DNA of 62,040 nt, counting the filler, from Sphacelaria rigidula (Eukaryota): assembly GCA_964200075.2 (NCBI GenBank). It is 7 parts of 7 records of this genome, joined end to end, with 100 filler letters (N's around TTAATTAATTAA, not from the genome) between each part and the next. Parts side by side here need not be neighbours in the genome. Positions count along the whole stretch, not along the records: positions 1 to 8,778 come from CAXNAA020010126.1; positions 8,879 to 17,656 come from CAXNAA020010127.1; 5 more parts are not named here. One strand, given 5' to 3'. Shown here in pieces: positions 1-11,245 of the stretch. The translations under genes and the position numbers were made by a program. The stretch's first letter is position 1. Every line of letters begins with the position of its first letter. Under the pieces are notes generated by a model. It did no database searches and had not been told where the DNA came from. It saw only the letters and a list, made by a program, of their open reading frames with translations.

Positions 1-237
1 CCAGTTTTTTTTTTTATGCTGCGCCCCCCCGCGGGCGAGCGCCTCCCCCCTCCTTTCACCGCCATCCTGTGGTTTGGGGGGGGGGGTGCACTCTCTTGTA
101 ATCTAAGCAAAGATTTTGAGTCCGTTTTGAACTGACATTACTCAGCATGCGTCGCAACACCCAGTGCTGGTGGCGATAATCGCTTATGCCGCTACATGCC
201 AACTTGGGAACTTTTGACAAACTGCACGTACATACAC

Positions 238-277
238 CTGCCTTCCCGGTACTGCTTGACTGTGAGAGTGCATTGCC
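238..277 (-). other. Possible small exon of an unidentified gene
   Basis: Minus strand reads tttgtctcgtttttccAG|GCAATG...GGCAG|GTGTAT: pyrimidine-rich acceptor and GT donor. No recognisable homology; boundaries approximate. Confidence 0.25.
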
Positions 278-711
278 TGGAAAAACGAGACAAATAGCGA
301 GCAATAAGTAGAATTTACGCTACCCGACCCTACTTGCCTTTTGCTCGGCCCTGCAATCCGTAGGCAGCCTCGGCAGTAGCTTCAGGTTCGTAACCCAGTT
401 CAAGCCCGATTGCCGTCCAATCCCACATTTTGATATTCAGGTCACAGCACCGCAAATTTTAAGAGGCAACCAAAACGCATTATCTCCCACTACAGATACC
501 GAGCTTGATCGATCACGAGACGGAGCAGTCGAGAAAACGAAGGGACGGTACTCTAAAAGCTCGATGGAGTTTCAGATCAACGGTTTTGAGGGCGAGGCCA
601 ACCGCCGCGGTCTATGGCCTAATACTTGAAAGCCGCGTCCATGAGCTGCAAGCCGACGGGTGCCGGCATGTCAAGTTTCAAGAAATCTGGGATCTTAGGA
701 ACACGGAATTA

Positions 712-887
712 CGAAACTGCTGTTTGAAGTAAAAGTTCAAGATGAAAAACAAGATGGAAAACAGTTCTAGGTTTTGTAAAAGAGAGCGAATTTCGGCCAA
801 GATCGTTTTTGCTGAATTTCCTGGTACTCAAACTGTTTTTTTCCTTATCTTGGTATTTTACTACAAACTACCGCCTCACAGTTTCGT
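712..887. repeat. Imperfect inverted repeat (old foldback/MITE remnant)
   Basis: cgaaactg..tttgaagtaaaa..caagatggaaaacagtt (~712-766) is approximately the reverse complement of aactgttttt..atcttggtattttactacaaa..cagtttcg (~831-887). Confidence 0.4.
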
Positions 888-1035
888 GTCCGAAGTCTAA
901 AAATAAAAATCGGTGGAATAAGGGGGTGGTACACTCGATTTATTTCATGCTACTCTCAAGTGATAGAGCCATGCTTCAGTTGGAGATGGACGTACATCAG
1001 TAAGGACAGGTAATGAAGGTAGAAGCAAGTGGGGT

Positions 1036-1135
1036 CCCGCAATATCGTGCGGATCGTGGGATATCAGTGTATCTATCTGCATTGTTCAACTGGGATATCG
1101 CATCCATCTGGGATATCCATCCGGCATAAAGATAC

Positions 1136-1199
<64 letters not shown>

Positions 1200-1835
1200 T
1201 TGTCGCGCTTTGAACCCCTCCCCTTCCTCGGGACGGGTCCGTGGTCTCAAGGGAGCATCCATCTCTCCTCGGTACAGCACACGCCTCGCATTTTGGTATC
1301 GCCGTTTGGGTCAGCACTCCCGCACCGCGTCAACTCTCGTCAAACAAAAACAGTCGACTGTTTTTTGTTTACTCTCGTACTCACGCTTTAGACGGTGGAA
1401 ATCAGATACTTCATCAAAAAAAAAGACGCATCGCGAATCGAACGTGCGTTCTCTCTACCCTAATGGCGACGGTCGGACCATCACACCACCGGAACGCGGG
1501 GGCCTATATCTAGAGCTGGTATTCTCACCTGCGATGTCTAGCTAGCTGCGATATCAGACCGGGATTTCCGTCTGGGATATGGATAGTCACGAGGCACATC
1601 GGTCTGGGATGTCCATCTGGAATTCCATATCCTACTGGGAATATCCAATTGGGAATATCAATATGAGGTGTTCATCTGGGATATGAATATGCATTTGAGA
1701 TATCCATTTGGAATGTCAGATCAATATCCAAGATGGACACCCCAGACTGACTGACTGGGATGTCAGATCCATCTGGGCTGTTCGCCTGAATCTGGGATAT
1801 TCCAGCCAGATGGACGCCCACGTGGGATATGCGGG
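1036..1835. mobile_element. Non-autonomous TIR element rich in (C)TGGGATAT motifs, interrupted by a SINE
   Basis: Ends cccgcaatatc / gatatgcggg are inverted. Many TGGGATAT-like motifs at ~1055-1120 and ~1550-1830, on both sides of the SINE. Confidence 0.5.
1136..1505 (-). mobile_element. tRNA-derived SINE with (AAT)n tail
   Basis: Minus strand: A-box-like TGGTGTGATGG and B-box-like GTTCGATTC near 1435-1490; 3' tail is the (ATT)n microsatellite at 1136-1199. Confidence 0.65.
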
Positions 1836-1977
1836 CAAATCGTCTTGAATTCTTTGCTTGGTATATATACCCCCAGCTCCTCTCTTTCCTCGTGACGAGT
1901 CCGCGTTCTCAAGGGGTACACTGATGCCCATTGCGATGCTCACCTTGCATTTTTGTACCCCAAATTGGATCATAACT

Positions 1978-2233
1978 GAGCGATGCTACGGTAGGGGTGC
2001 ACAAACATTTTCTGAAATTAGAAATGTCAGGAGCCCCTGATCTCATGCAAAACACCACTTGTGAAAATATGTGAGAGCACGCCAAGATTGCTGCTCCAAT
2101 GTGCTCGGGATATCCCGAATGAATTTGCAAACGAGGATTCCCTGACCCATATCCCTCTGAATCTAGAATCTTCAGGAGCCCCTGAACTAGACAATATTTC
2201 GCGAGAAAGTGCAGCCCTACCGTAGCATTGCTC
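1978..2233 (+). mobile_element. MITE family A (GAG...CTC termini), copy 1
   Basis: TIRs gagcgatgctacggtaggggtgca / tgcagccctaccgtagcattgctc; interior alignable to copies at 5129 and 48912. Confidence 0.9.
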
Positions 2234-2710
2234 TGAAATACTCTTTCCAAGATGACGCGCTAGCCCTCTGTGCGTGCGCGAATAGACGGGTACATGTGAA
2301 AGCGTGGTGCTGCGGAGCACCCTATACAGCAGCGCAGGCGGACACTGAAAAAGTATTTGCGCTTCGTGTCTTTGAGAGACGGGACGTAGAACGATCAAAT
2401 GATTGCAATTCGGGCTCCAGCTGTTGCTTTGCATTTCAAACTTGAATGGTGCCAAGCAATTTCACAACAAAAATGTTTCAGGTAGGACTGTGTATTGAGA
2501 CCGGTACACATTGGTCGACATCAGTGTATTGCAATGGATTGACATTGATCCTCAGTGGCACCAGTACGCCAATGTATTGCTACACACGACATAGGCCGTT
2601 ATCCGCCGAATGTGTACATAGCGTGATCATTTTCCTATGAGTTGTCATACCTTCGTCATGATCTAGCTATAAGGGTTGCCTGCAGGGAGGTTTAACAGCC
2701 GATCATCGAA

Positions 2711-3050
2711 ATTAAGGATGGAGCTTTTCATTGAGGATGAGTGTAATGCGTGAGAGGACCGCGTGCTTAGAGGACCGCGCTGTAGTTCAAAACACCTCAG
2801 GATCGGTGTTTTTTAAAACCAATCGGGCCAGTCCCTGCAGGTACCACGCCCCTGACCATAGCCCCAACACTAACCCTAGTCCTAACCCTAACCATGGGGA
2901 TGTTCAAATTCCGATGCGGTCCTCTAAGCACGCGGTCCTCTCACGCATTACAATGAGAACCCGGAGAATTAATATTTTCGTATCCCCACCATATCTTCGA
3001 AATATGATTCCACTCCTTCACCCACTGGTAGCTATTGACAGGTTCTAGTC
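2711..3050 (+). mobile_element. Truncated foldback MITE family C (gaggatgagaacccggagaatta), split by a family B MITE
   Basis: With 2742-2957 removed, the sequence aligns to 46493-46595 and to 53114-53164. Confidence 0.75.
2742..2952 (+). mobile_element. MITE family B (TGT...ACA termini, 5-bp TSD ATGAG, internal CCCTAA-like units), copy 1
   Basis: ~37-bp TIR tgtaatgcgtgagaggaccgcgtgcttagaggaccgc; ATGAG at 2737-2741 and 2953-2957. Confidence 0.92.
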
Positions 3051-3052
3051 GA

Positions 3053-3215
3053 CTAGTACTTTCACACCGCGTCGATTCTCATTAACTGAAGAGATTGCTT
3101 TGCTACTCACGTTCTCCCGTATTTCACAGCGGGAATCGTATATATTTTCAGGAAAACCCCTAATGCATCTGCGGGGGATCGAACCCGCATGTTTCCCGGC
3201 CTAATGGTACCAATT
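3053..3215 (-). mobile_element. tRNA-derived SINE fragment
   Basis: Minus-strand B-box GGGTTCGATCCC at ~3175-3187, preceded by a TAATTGG A-box remnant. Confidence 0.5.
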
Positions 3216-3490
3216 ACAGTATAACATCAGACAATTTGGGCGCAGTTATTGCGAACAGTATTTGCGCCCAACAGTACCTAGTGCCACGCGACGGAAAGTA
3301 GGGGGGGCTTGGTACGATGCACGGACAGCAAAGATGCCCGCATTTCAATTGTTTAGATATATCTATAGGACCCTGAAGTTGGAATTCGACAGGGTTAGGA
3401 GAAACGGGGGAAGGAGGTGACATCCACCGTATATTGTGTGCCCCTCCGAAGTACTTGAGACATGCTCCAGCGGGATGCGGGCGTGCACAG

Positions 3491-3707
3491 TGTAATGCGT
3501 GAGAGGAGCGCGCGCTTAGAGGGCCGCATCGGAGTTTGAACATCCCTATGGTTAGGGTTAGGGTTAGGGTTAGGGTTATTGTTAGGGTTATGGTCAGGGG
3601 CGTGGTACCTCCAGGGACTGACCCGATTGGAATTGGAAAACATCGATCCTGAGGTGTTTTGAACCACGGCGCGTTCCTCCAGGCACGCGGTCCTCTCACG
3701 CATTACA
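3491..3707 (-). mobile_element. MITE family B copy 2, with (TTAGGG)n tract
   Basis: Same TIRs, inverted relative to copy 1; flanks CACAG/CACAA (4/5 TSD match); ggttagggttagggttagggttaggg at ~3550-3575. Confidence 0.92.
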
Positions 3708-4140
3708 CACAATACAGCGGCGGTCGCATCATAGCACGGTCCCCCAAAGTGCTCGGTGTGGTCGTCGCCACTCATGACGAGCTCAATCTGCTGTACCAGT
3801 GTCGAGTAATTTCGGGACAGATCAGTACAGTGCGACGGTCATGTCGAGCGCACGACGCACCGCACTTTGCGGCTGAAACCCCCGCTATACATTAGGACCC
3901 TACATCATGGACTATAGTGCTTGACATGCGACTCCTGTGTATTCAGATACTGTAGCCATGTACGACCGCCTATTGGTTTTGTCAGTGCATTTGGCGATAC
4001 TTGTCCTAATCCTGTCCCCTTAAGTACTTGGTGTCACGCGTATAGGGTGCATGAAACTTTGATTGATGCAAAGGAAGCACATGCATCAATCGACATGCCG
4101 ACGAGTACTGCAGTTCTCAGAAAAAATCACACGTCAGACA

Positions 4141-4567
4141 GAGGGAGGATCCTGAGAAAAGGGGCTGAATATTAAAATGAGGTTCAACTCCAAAGCAGTG
4201 CTTTCCCTGACCTAAAGTCATGAAAATTGACTCCCATATGAACGACCCCATGCCCCCCGGCCTTCTTGAAACTGTCTTGCGGGGATTCCCGTCTCCGTTC
4301 CCCCAAAGGGTATGTGCGAAAGCAACTTTTTGCGTCGATGTCGGGGTTCAAAAAGGAACTTTTTTTTGCCGGAAAATGGTTCTTTGCACGTACCCTTTGG
4401 GGGAACGGAAGAGGCGGTACCCAAAAAAGCAGATTCAGGGAGATCGGCGGCGTGAGGTCGTCGTGTGTGAAAGTAAGTCATTTGCCATGGCCTTAGGTTG
4501 GGGAACGCACTGCTTTGGAGTTGAACGTCGTTTCAAAGTTCAACCGCATTTTTCAGGATCTTCTCTC
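4141..4567. mobile_element. Foldback MITE family D (GAG...CTC termini)
   Basis: Nearly the whole element is an imperfect palindrome (e.g. gttcaactccaaagcagtgc / gcactgctttggagttgaac); flanks GACA/GGCA; a related fragment lies at ~17605-17656. Confidence 0.85.
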
Positions 4568-5128
4568 GGCAGCTCATGAACTACCCAAGTCTTACTGCTG
4601 ATGAGTTTACTGGTCCGGATCATGAACTGGCTCACTTGGCCCCTTTTTGTTCCTACATTTGATCCCTATCGCGCTTGGCGCCGACCACGCGGAGTAGCGC
4701 AAAGGTGGCGCTTTGGCTTCTCGGAACCCGCTGTCACAAATTTTGTGTTCTTGGACGACGGGATCCTGGGGTCCTCTTCGATTACTAATTCCACGTACGA
4801 AGCACATAAGCTGCCCGATGTGTGGAAATTTCAGTTTCAGAGTACCCGAAAGTTGAATTCACCCCCATCGCAAGACAAAGGGGGGTAGAGACACAAGAGT
4901 AGAATAGAACCGGACCAAGTCCTCCCCCCTCCCCCTCCCCCTCGTACCCGAAATTTCCTTAGTTGCGTACCCTTGTGCAAGCCTTTGTCACCCCTGTCCA
5001 CGAACGAGATCGTAACGTTCTCTCGCACGAGTTGCCTGAAGGTCCTGCGATTCGCTCGGTCCACGCGATCACTACGGAGAAGATGAAGAGAGCATTTTCG
5101 GACAACTCATCGAAATCATTTGGGGTGT

Positions 5129-5385
5129 GAGTGATGCTACGGTAGGGGTACAGAAATAATTTCTGAGGTTAGAATTGTTAAGAGCTCCTTATCTAATCAA
5201 AAACACGACTTATGAAAATATGCGAGAGTAAGCCAGGAATACTACTCCAATGTGCTGGGGATATCCCGAATGAATCTGCAAACGGGGATACCCTGATCCA
5301 TATTCTTGTGCATCTAGAATTGTTAGGAGCCCCTGAGCCAGACATATTTTCGCGAAAAAAGTGCACCCCGACCGTAGCATTGCTC
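5129..5385 (+). mobile_element. MITE family A copy 2
   Basis: TIRs gagtgatgctacggtagggg / ccccgaccgtagcattgctc; collinear with copy 1. Confidence 0.9.
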
Positions 5386-5539
5386 ACTTACTCCCACCCC
5401 CCTACGTATTAATTCCGTCGTTACTACACACGAGATCCTCAATAATCCTCGCCACCCCCTCATCTCGCCATGCCACTCTCGCCCCCTTGCCTGGACCTTC
5501 GTAAATGTGCTTTACGCCAGCTCACGCTCCCCGAATCAG

Positions 5540-5710
5540 ATGATATACTGCCCCAAGTTGCAACCGGATCGCCATTTACAGCCGCCCATCGATGGTTTGA
5601 CTTCCGAAACGCGACGATTCCATGGGAAGAATACCTAGGACTCTCGGAGGATCCTCAAGTTTGTCGCCCGAACACCACGGACGGTGGAGCTGCAGCTTTC
5701 CGTTACAAAC
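5540..5710 (+). other. Exon-like fragment of an unidentified gene
   Basis: cAG acceptor at 5538-5539, GTGAGT donor at 5711, 171 nt open (DILPQVATGSPFTAAHRWFDFRNATIPWEEYLGLSEDPQVC...). Confidence 0.35.
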
Positions 5711-6717
5711 GTGAGTGCTAGGAGCCTAAGCAGAACTTTTGCCTGGCGCTTTTGCTGTACGTTGATCGTTCTTCGAAATACAAGAGATTCCCCTCCCTTC
5801 TCGAGACGACGATTTCGCAGTCGGCAGTCGCGAGGACGAACCTCGTCTCCTCCCCAGAGCTTGACCTACACCTTCATGTACCAACCCTTGGACTGAATCA
5901 GCATCATCGCGACCCATCGACTCTCGCCGAACATGGTTGGGCCAACTCTTTCTCACGTTTTCGGGATACTAGAATCAGGAGAGAGCCCCGATCGTGTGAC
6001 GGGATTCGAAATCGCAAAATCCGCTCGGACTTGCGTTGGTGTACAAGTTTGATATCTGAGTCTTGGTGGCATCGTATCCAACGCTTCCAACAGTCGACTG
6101 ACTCTCTTGCCTCCTTTGTCAATTCAAGTCCCAGAGTAGTTCGAACTCGAGCTTAGCCTTACCTTTAAGCTGAGTACGCCAATCATCCATCACCACCGTG
6201 CCTTGTGTGTGAGAGTTTGATATCACTTGTGTTGCTTCTCACATCGGACTAAACCCCATTTTTGCTCTTCAGGCGACGACAACTAACGGTCTGTACAGTA
6301 CAAAGAAGCGGCAATATTCGAGTATAACTTTATCCGGAGTCTCGGACACTTTATACGATAGCCCTCCCTCAACAGTGCATGGTTTTGGGAGGCAAAATCT
6401 ACACGTACATCGAAATGGGAAAAGCCGAGCACAACGAGCAGCTGGGAATTTCCACGCTTGGGTTCGTTCTCGCCAATATTGCCAATATGAGGCGCTTCAT
6501 GCAGCCTGAACCCAAACATCAGGCGCTGTATGGCCATTTTTTTCGTGACGCTTTCGGGCTGGTTTTGGGGGGGGGGGCTATCGTAGAGAGTGTCGACAAT
6601 ATGTGGTCATCATTTATGCAGCATGACTATACTACGCAGTACAATTTCTGTCTATTGCGACTATGAAGAGTGACCACATATTTGTCCAGAGTGTGCAAGA
6701 TTCCCAGGAATGTTCAC

Positions 6718-6881
6718 CTCTTCCAGTTCGTCGCGGGTTAACAACAGAGCACAGCACCCGACACCATCGTATCCAAACTCCGCGCTGAATGTCCCCGCAT
6801 CAGCGCACCCCGTTCCCTCGCCGCCCACGAGCTTTAGCCCGCCGGCGCTTTCTCCCACGCTAGCAATGTACTCGTAGTCTC
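6718..6881 (-). CDS. Tectonic-family protein, internal exon (downstream of the pair)
   Basis: ccAG acceptor, GTGAAC donor, phase-compatible with the 7429-7687 exon. Encodes GDYEYIASVGESAGGLKLVGGEGTGCADAGTFSAEFGYDGVGCCALLLTRDELEE, fitting the tectonic C..FG.D...C.L.L pattern. Confidence 0.7.
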
Positions 6882-7060
6882 CTGGGCGTGTGTCAACAAG
6901 AAGTACCTATTTACGGCTTTTCGGGTGAAGCTTTCTCTCTCTAGTGGGCGAAAAAACTTGCGTGTTTATTGGTGGAGTTTGAAACGATCTTGTGTGTCTA
7001 TTTGGTTGACTTGTTACATACTTGGTCATTTGTTTGCACGCGGATGGTGGATCAAAACAC

Positions 7061-7071
7061 ATGACGACGAC

Positions 7072-7130
<59 letters not shown>

Positions 7131-7360
7131 CGATGATGACGATGATGATGATGATGATGGACTATTTCTACTCCTGCTGACTGAGAGGTGTCGTGTTCAC
7201 AAACTTGCGACGGGCAATTTAACTTGTTTTTGTTTGCCATCGGCATATCGCTGTGGGGAGGTGTGTCGCTAATTAATTGGTGCGACAATGCCAAAAGCAA
7301 GAGTCAACCCCTGAGGTAGAGGTTTGTATAGGTCGCCCTGGGTAACTGTCGTGTTCTTCG
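7061..7360 (-). mobile_element. 3' end of a non-LTR retroelement/SINE with (ATC)n tail, inside the tectonic intron
   Basis: (GAT)n microsatellite at 7061-7159 abutting unique sequence, the same architecture as the other tailed SINEs here. Confidence 0.45.
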
Positions 7361-7428
7361 CTTGATGTGGCATCTTGTTTCCGACAAAAGCCAGCAGATA
7401 CACACGCAGATCTATCTATGTAAGATAC

Positions 7429-7687
7429 CCGAAGATTGCAGGGTCCCCGCCAGAAGAGGAAGTCCCGTCAAATATCCCGGATTTCCAGACCTAGCCCTCT
7501 CCACCAGGTTGCCCAAGTCCTGGCTTTTCGTGACCGCCTCGTCCGCAGTTTCATCTAATCGAAATTCTATCGAGAACATCTGGGACGAAACAGCGGCGGA
7601 AGTTCTGCCACCTGGTCCCGGTGGTATGTCCGTTACGACTAAAGCTGCGGAAACGCTGCTTACACCTCCCTCGCCATCTCGTGTTAT
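7429..7687 (-). CDS. Tectonic-family (ciliary transition zone) protein, internal exon
   Basis: acAG acceptor, GT donor. Encodes ...QMFSIEF...ERARSGNPGYLTGLPLLAG, containing the tectonic hallmark SGNPGY..G.PL.AG. Confidence 0.82.
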
Positions 7688-8311
7688 CTGTGTGGGTGTG
7701 TGGGTAAGATGGGGGAAAAGGATGGGGGGAGGGGACATACTCATTTGTTGTTTGCACTCATCGTTGACCATTAGCTACGCACCCCTTTCGAGAGGGAGCA
7801 CCGTTCCTACTCCTAATAGAGACATATCCAATTTAAGGCTTGGTATCCTCAGTGACCAGACGAGGTTGTTATTCCTGAGTGACTGATGAAATTATGAGCA
7901 CATCTCTCACTTATTACAAACGAGTGATCACCATGGTACAGAGCAAAACCGATATGCCACGGGAGAAGGGGCAACTGATCACGATGGCTGGTTGATCCAA
8001 AATACTCTGACCCACGTTGTTCAAGACAATCCTTGGAAAATGACGACAACACACGAGACGACGACTATACATGGGTACCGGAGCTTTGAACATTCGAGCG
8101 AGGGTCCTGCAGCTGCGGGTGCCAGAGTAGGTCCATGTGAAGGATATCTCGGAGAGGTACACACCAGATGGTAGATGAAGTCTTACGGAGTAAAAGGATA
8201 TGTTTGAGGTCCTGACAAATTCTTCTACGACACTAGCGAGTTGACCTCATCGGAATAATTCGCCATGCTACCAGAATTGGAGTGGAGAGCGAGGGAGGGG
8301 GGGGGCGGAGG

Positions 8312-8367
8312 GGGTGTACTCATGACCATGCATGTCATAGTCATAATACCATTGACCTCGCATCCCT
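8312..8367 (+). repeat. Dispersed repeat end shared with 44232-44287
   Basis: ggtgtactcatga[c/t]catgcatg[t/c]catagtca..accattgacctcg.atccct occurs in two different contigs. Confidence 0.7.
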
Positions 8368-8778
8368 ACAAAGCCGGGACGGAGCACGCCGAGTTTTCGC
8401 CGGACCAGCCTCGCACTCAATCACCAAGCGCGAAGCGCCGTGGTGTGTTCGGTGAGTCGCGTGAAGGGTGAGCTGCATCCTGCTGAGATTGTGCGGCCCG
8501 AGGCTCCCTGATAGTCTGGCATTTGTATAACAGCCTACAATGAGTTTCTTTATTTTCTGGAAGTGTGCCTAATCATTCAAACGCTACGTGGTACGATCAT
8601 CCCCATTGTGCGGAGGTGAGGTTCTCCTACGCCGCACAACATGATCTCGCTCGACTACCATCATGGTCACCGCAAAAAAACGCAAGCGCGCGCAAAAGCA
8701 ATCGGTAACCTGGTTGCCTAGCTTACGCAGTGAGTGGCGTGATTTATAGCGTCATCGCCAACCGACGCCAACGCCCTC

Positions 8779-8878
8779 NNNNNNNNNNNNNNNNNNNNNN
8801 NNNNNNNNNNNNNNNNNNNNNNTTAATTAATTAANNNNNNNNNNNNNNNNNNNNNNNNNNNNNNNNNNNNNNNNNNNN
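8779..8878. other. Artificial contig linker (also 17657-17756, 26534-26633, 35411-35510, 44288-44387, 53165-53264)
   Basis: 100-nt N blocks with a central TTAATTAATTAA (stops in all six frames), spaced 8877-8878 bp apart. Confidence 0.98.
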
Positions 8879-10200
8879 GACTCGAAATTTCGAGCAACAA
8901 ATGGCCCAAAATACCCCCCCCCTATCGTAGGATGACTCTATCCACCTTTCAATACCGCCATTACTGCTAACACGCTCTCCCACCGCATCCTCCTCACTCT
9001 GTTGCGTACCAGTCGACAAACACACTATGATATCACCAGAGCCACCCTGTGATTTCTTCGGGGCTGGGACGACGTGTGCGATACAGTCGAACCATCGAAG
9101 TCCTGGCTCCAAGCGACGATGACTCTTGTTTCGCATGTCGTCGTACTTCTTATTTACGTTTTTGGTGCTGCTATCTTGGTCGTTCGTATCTGCTGCAGTA
9201 CCACTGGAAACACCCCTACCACCTTTGGCACCACCCTTGGCGCCATTTTGCTTGCGATTTCGGCGGGTGGACTTGCTCGTAACGAGAGCTTGTCCGACGT
9301 CACGGTTCTTCGTACCATTCCTTGACAGAAGCGTGTATCTCCACCGTACGATATGCCCGGGTTATGTCGTCTCTGTACAAGATTGTGCACTGTTCATACT
9401 CGTAGTCACTTGTAAGTACCTCAACTATCTTGAGGTTAACATCTTCCAAAGAGATATGTCCCCCTAATGAAATTAGTACACCCACAACCCTATCCACGCG
9501 CGCAAAAATCTTCATCGGATCCTCCTTTTTCTCCATCTGTAACTCGTCGAAAAGACGTTTTCCTTCGACTTCCCTGAGAGAGTTCTCAGGAGAAGCTAGT
9601 TGCATAAAAAGCGTCAGCCTACACTCGGGGAGTTTGTGTCAAATAACCTACTTAATAATTCACCGTCTATGATACTCTCTATTAAACACGTCCAAGCAAT
9701 GATACGTGCTCGTCTCATGCTTGTCTCACTGAAACCTTGGTCAACCAAAAACTGTGAAGTAACTGAGGGGTCACCTACGTGAATATCAGTAGTCGTACTG
9801 AAGGCCTGCGTATAATCATTGGACAAGAAAAACTCAAATCGTATTTTCCGAGAAGGAAAATGAACACATTCTCCTGACTTAGCAACAGCAATTTTAATGC
9901 TGCTTGTTTCCCTAGGGCTCACTGCAAAAGTACTACCTCCTGCAATCCCAACCTCACCGACAGCTGGCAGCAGGTTATCGGTGGTGACTCCACCTCTACG
10001 ACTGAAAGCAGACCCTACCCACTGCGCGCCCGTAGTACCATCGAGATACGATAGCTGATCTCTCCACTGACGGACCTTTCAATTCGTCCGCCTCTACTTT
10101 TCTGGGCAGCCTCGACGCGTGACAGCCCTTCTACTAAGGTCCTTGCCTTCTCCTCGAGCAGCGCCCTCAATTCTTCCATTGCACTGTCTTGATCCGCCAT
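8879..10200 (-). pseudogene. Copia LTR retrotransposon gag, decayed, cut by the contig end
   Basis: Fragmented ORFs from MADQDSAMEEL through AWTCLIESI..ELLSRLF and EKKEDPMKIFARVDRVVGVLISLG...KIVEVLTSDYE (UBN2-like Copia Gag); stops and frameshifts. Confidence 0.75.
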
Positions 10201-10256
10201 CTCAGAGCAACGATCCAAGTTCGAACTATTAAAACGTTAACGTGTTCGAATAATCG

Positions 10257-10634
10257 TGTTGATCAGATGACTTTGCAGCAACAACAGCCCCCTGCTGTGT
10301 GCTCAATCAGATTACTGCCCGCTTGCAAGAACTGAGAAGAAGATGTCGATGTGTTGTATGTCTTTATTATTACTATCCACACGTGGGAAATCTGGTCAAG
10401 AGAGGTGAGGGAGACGAGTGAGGGAATACGGCGTGGAGCACTACCCCGTCACGACAACCTACGACCCCAAATCTACAGCGTCGCAAGATCCGCGATACAT
10501 TTCCCAAGATCGAGCAATTTGTCTTTCTCCAATCACAAGGGACAATCTCAGTAACCTTGCCAGAATAATCGAATACCTTGCAACTTCCCCGCGCATGCCT
10601 CTGTCTTCTGTTCGTACATCAACTTTATTGAACA
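10257..10634 (-). mobile_element. Probable 5' LTR of the Copia element
   Basis: Bounded by TGTTGA...TGAACA directly upstream of the gag start. Confidence 0.55.
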
Positions 10635-10664
10635 TTAATTCCTAGTTGATCATATTTAAATATT

Positions 10665-11018
10665 TGTGGAGGATACCTCTTTGCAGTGACATATCAGAGA
10701 CTTATGCCACACATGTATGCAGACCCAGCGCAAGCAGGGACAAGGTAGGAATGTTCCGGAAGGACCAGATCACCGAGGACCCTGTAATGCCGACGTAACT
10801 AGACAACTCGGGGTGATGCCAGGAAGAGTCTAATAAAGGACGGTCCAACATCCCCCGAGGCCCTGGTCGCCCACGGCGACCACTCTCCTAGTCTAACCCC
10901 ACTTCTTGCCTACATATACAAGAGGAAATCATCGCCAGCCTCGGAGTTCCTTCGGCATCAGGACGGCAGTCTCCCCCCGTAGGGTTTCTGACTACTCTAG
11001 CGATACGCCTTCCTCACA
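10665..11018 (+). mobile_element. Probable solo LTR
   Basis: TGTGGAGGA...TCCTCACA termini; flanks TATT/CATT. Confidence 0.45.
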
Positions 11019-11245
11019 CATTCATGAGTTTGGACATATGATCAAATAATCCAATGAACCTATATTCCTTGAGTTGGTGTACAACCGTACTGCAGATCAA
11101 AGCCCAGATCTGCACCCAGGTTCAGAAATACTGCGGCTCTCTGTACTGCTGCAGACCACCTGGCGTATGTGTGCTGGCGCAGGCATACTAAGAGAACCTG
11201 CCGGTAGAATCGAGCCAGTTCCACCGGGTATTATGCGCCCGGCGT

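Noticed and set aside
3550..3590. True telomere
   Set aside because: Only a few units, internal to a MITE.
6376..6430. WW-domain-like AWFWEAKSTRTSKWEKP in one frame
   Set aside because: A stop lies just upstream, the first Trp region is absent and another frame is longer; treated as coincidence.
1029..7300. Poly-Ile/Asn and poly-Asp/His ORFs
   Set aside because: These are translations of the (ATT)n and (GAT)n microsatellite tails.
7362..7886. 174-aa plus-strand ORF
   Set aside because: Antisense shadow of the tectonic exon.
8823..8834. TTAATTAATTAA palindrome recurring every ~8.9 kb
   Set aside because: Artificial six-frame-stop linker embedded in Ns.
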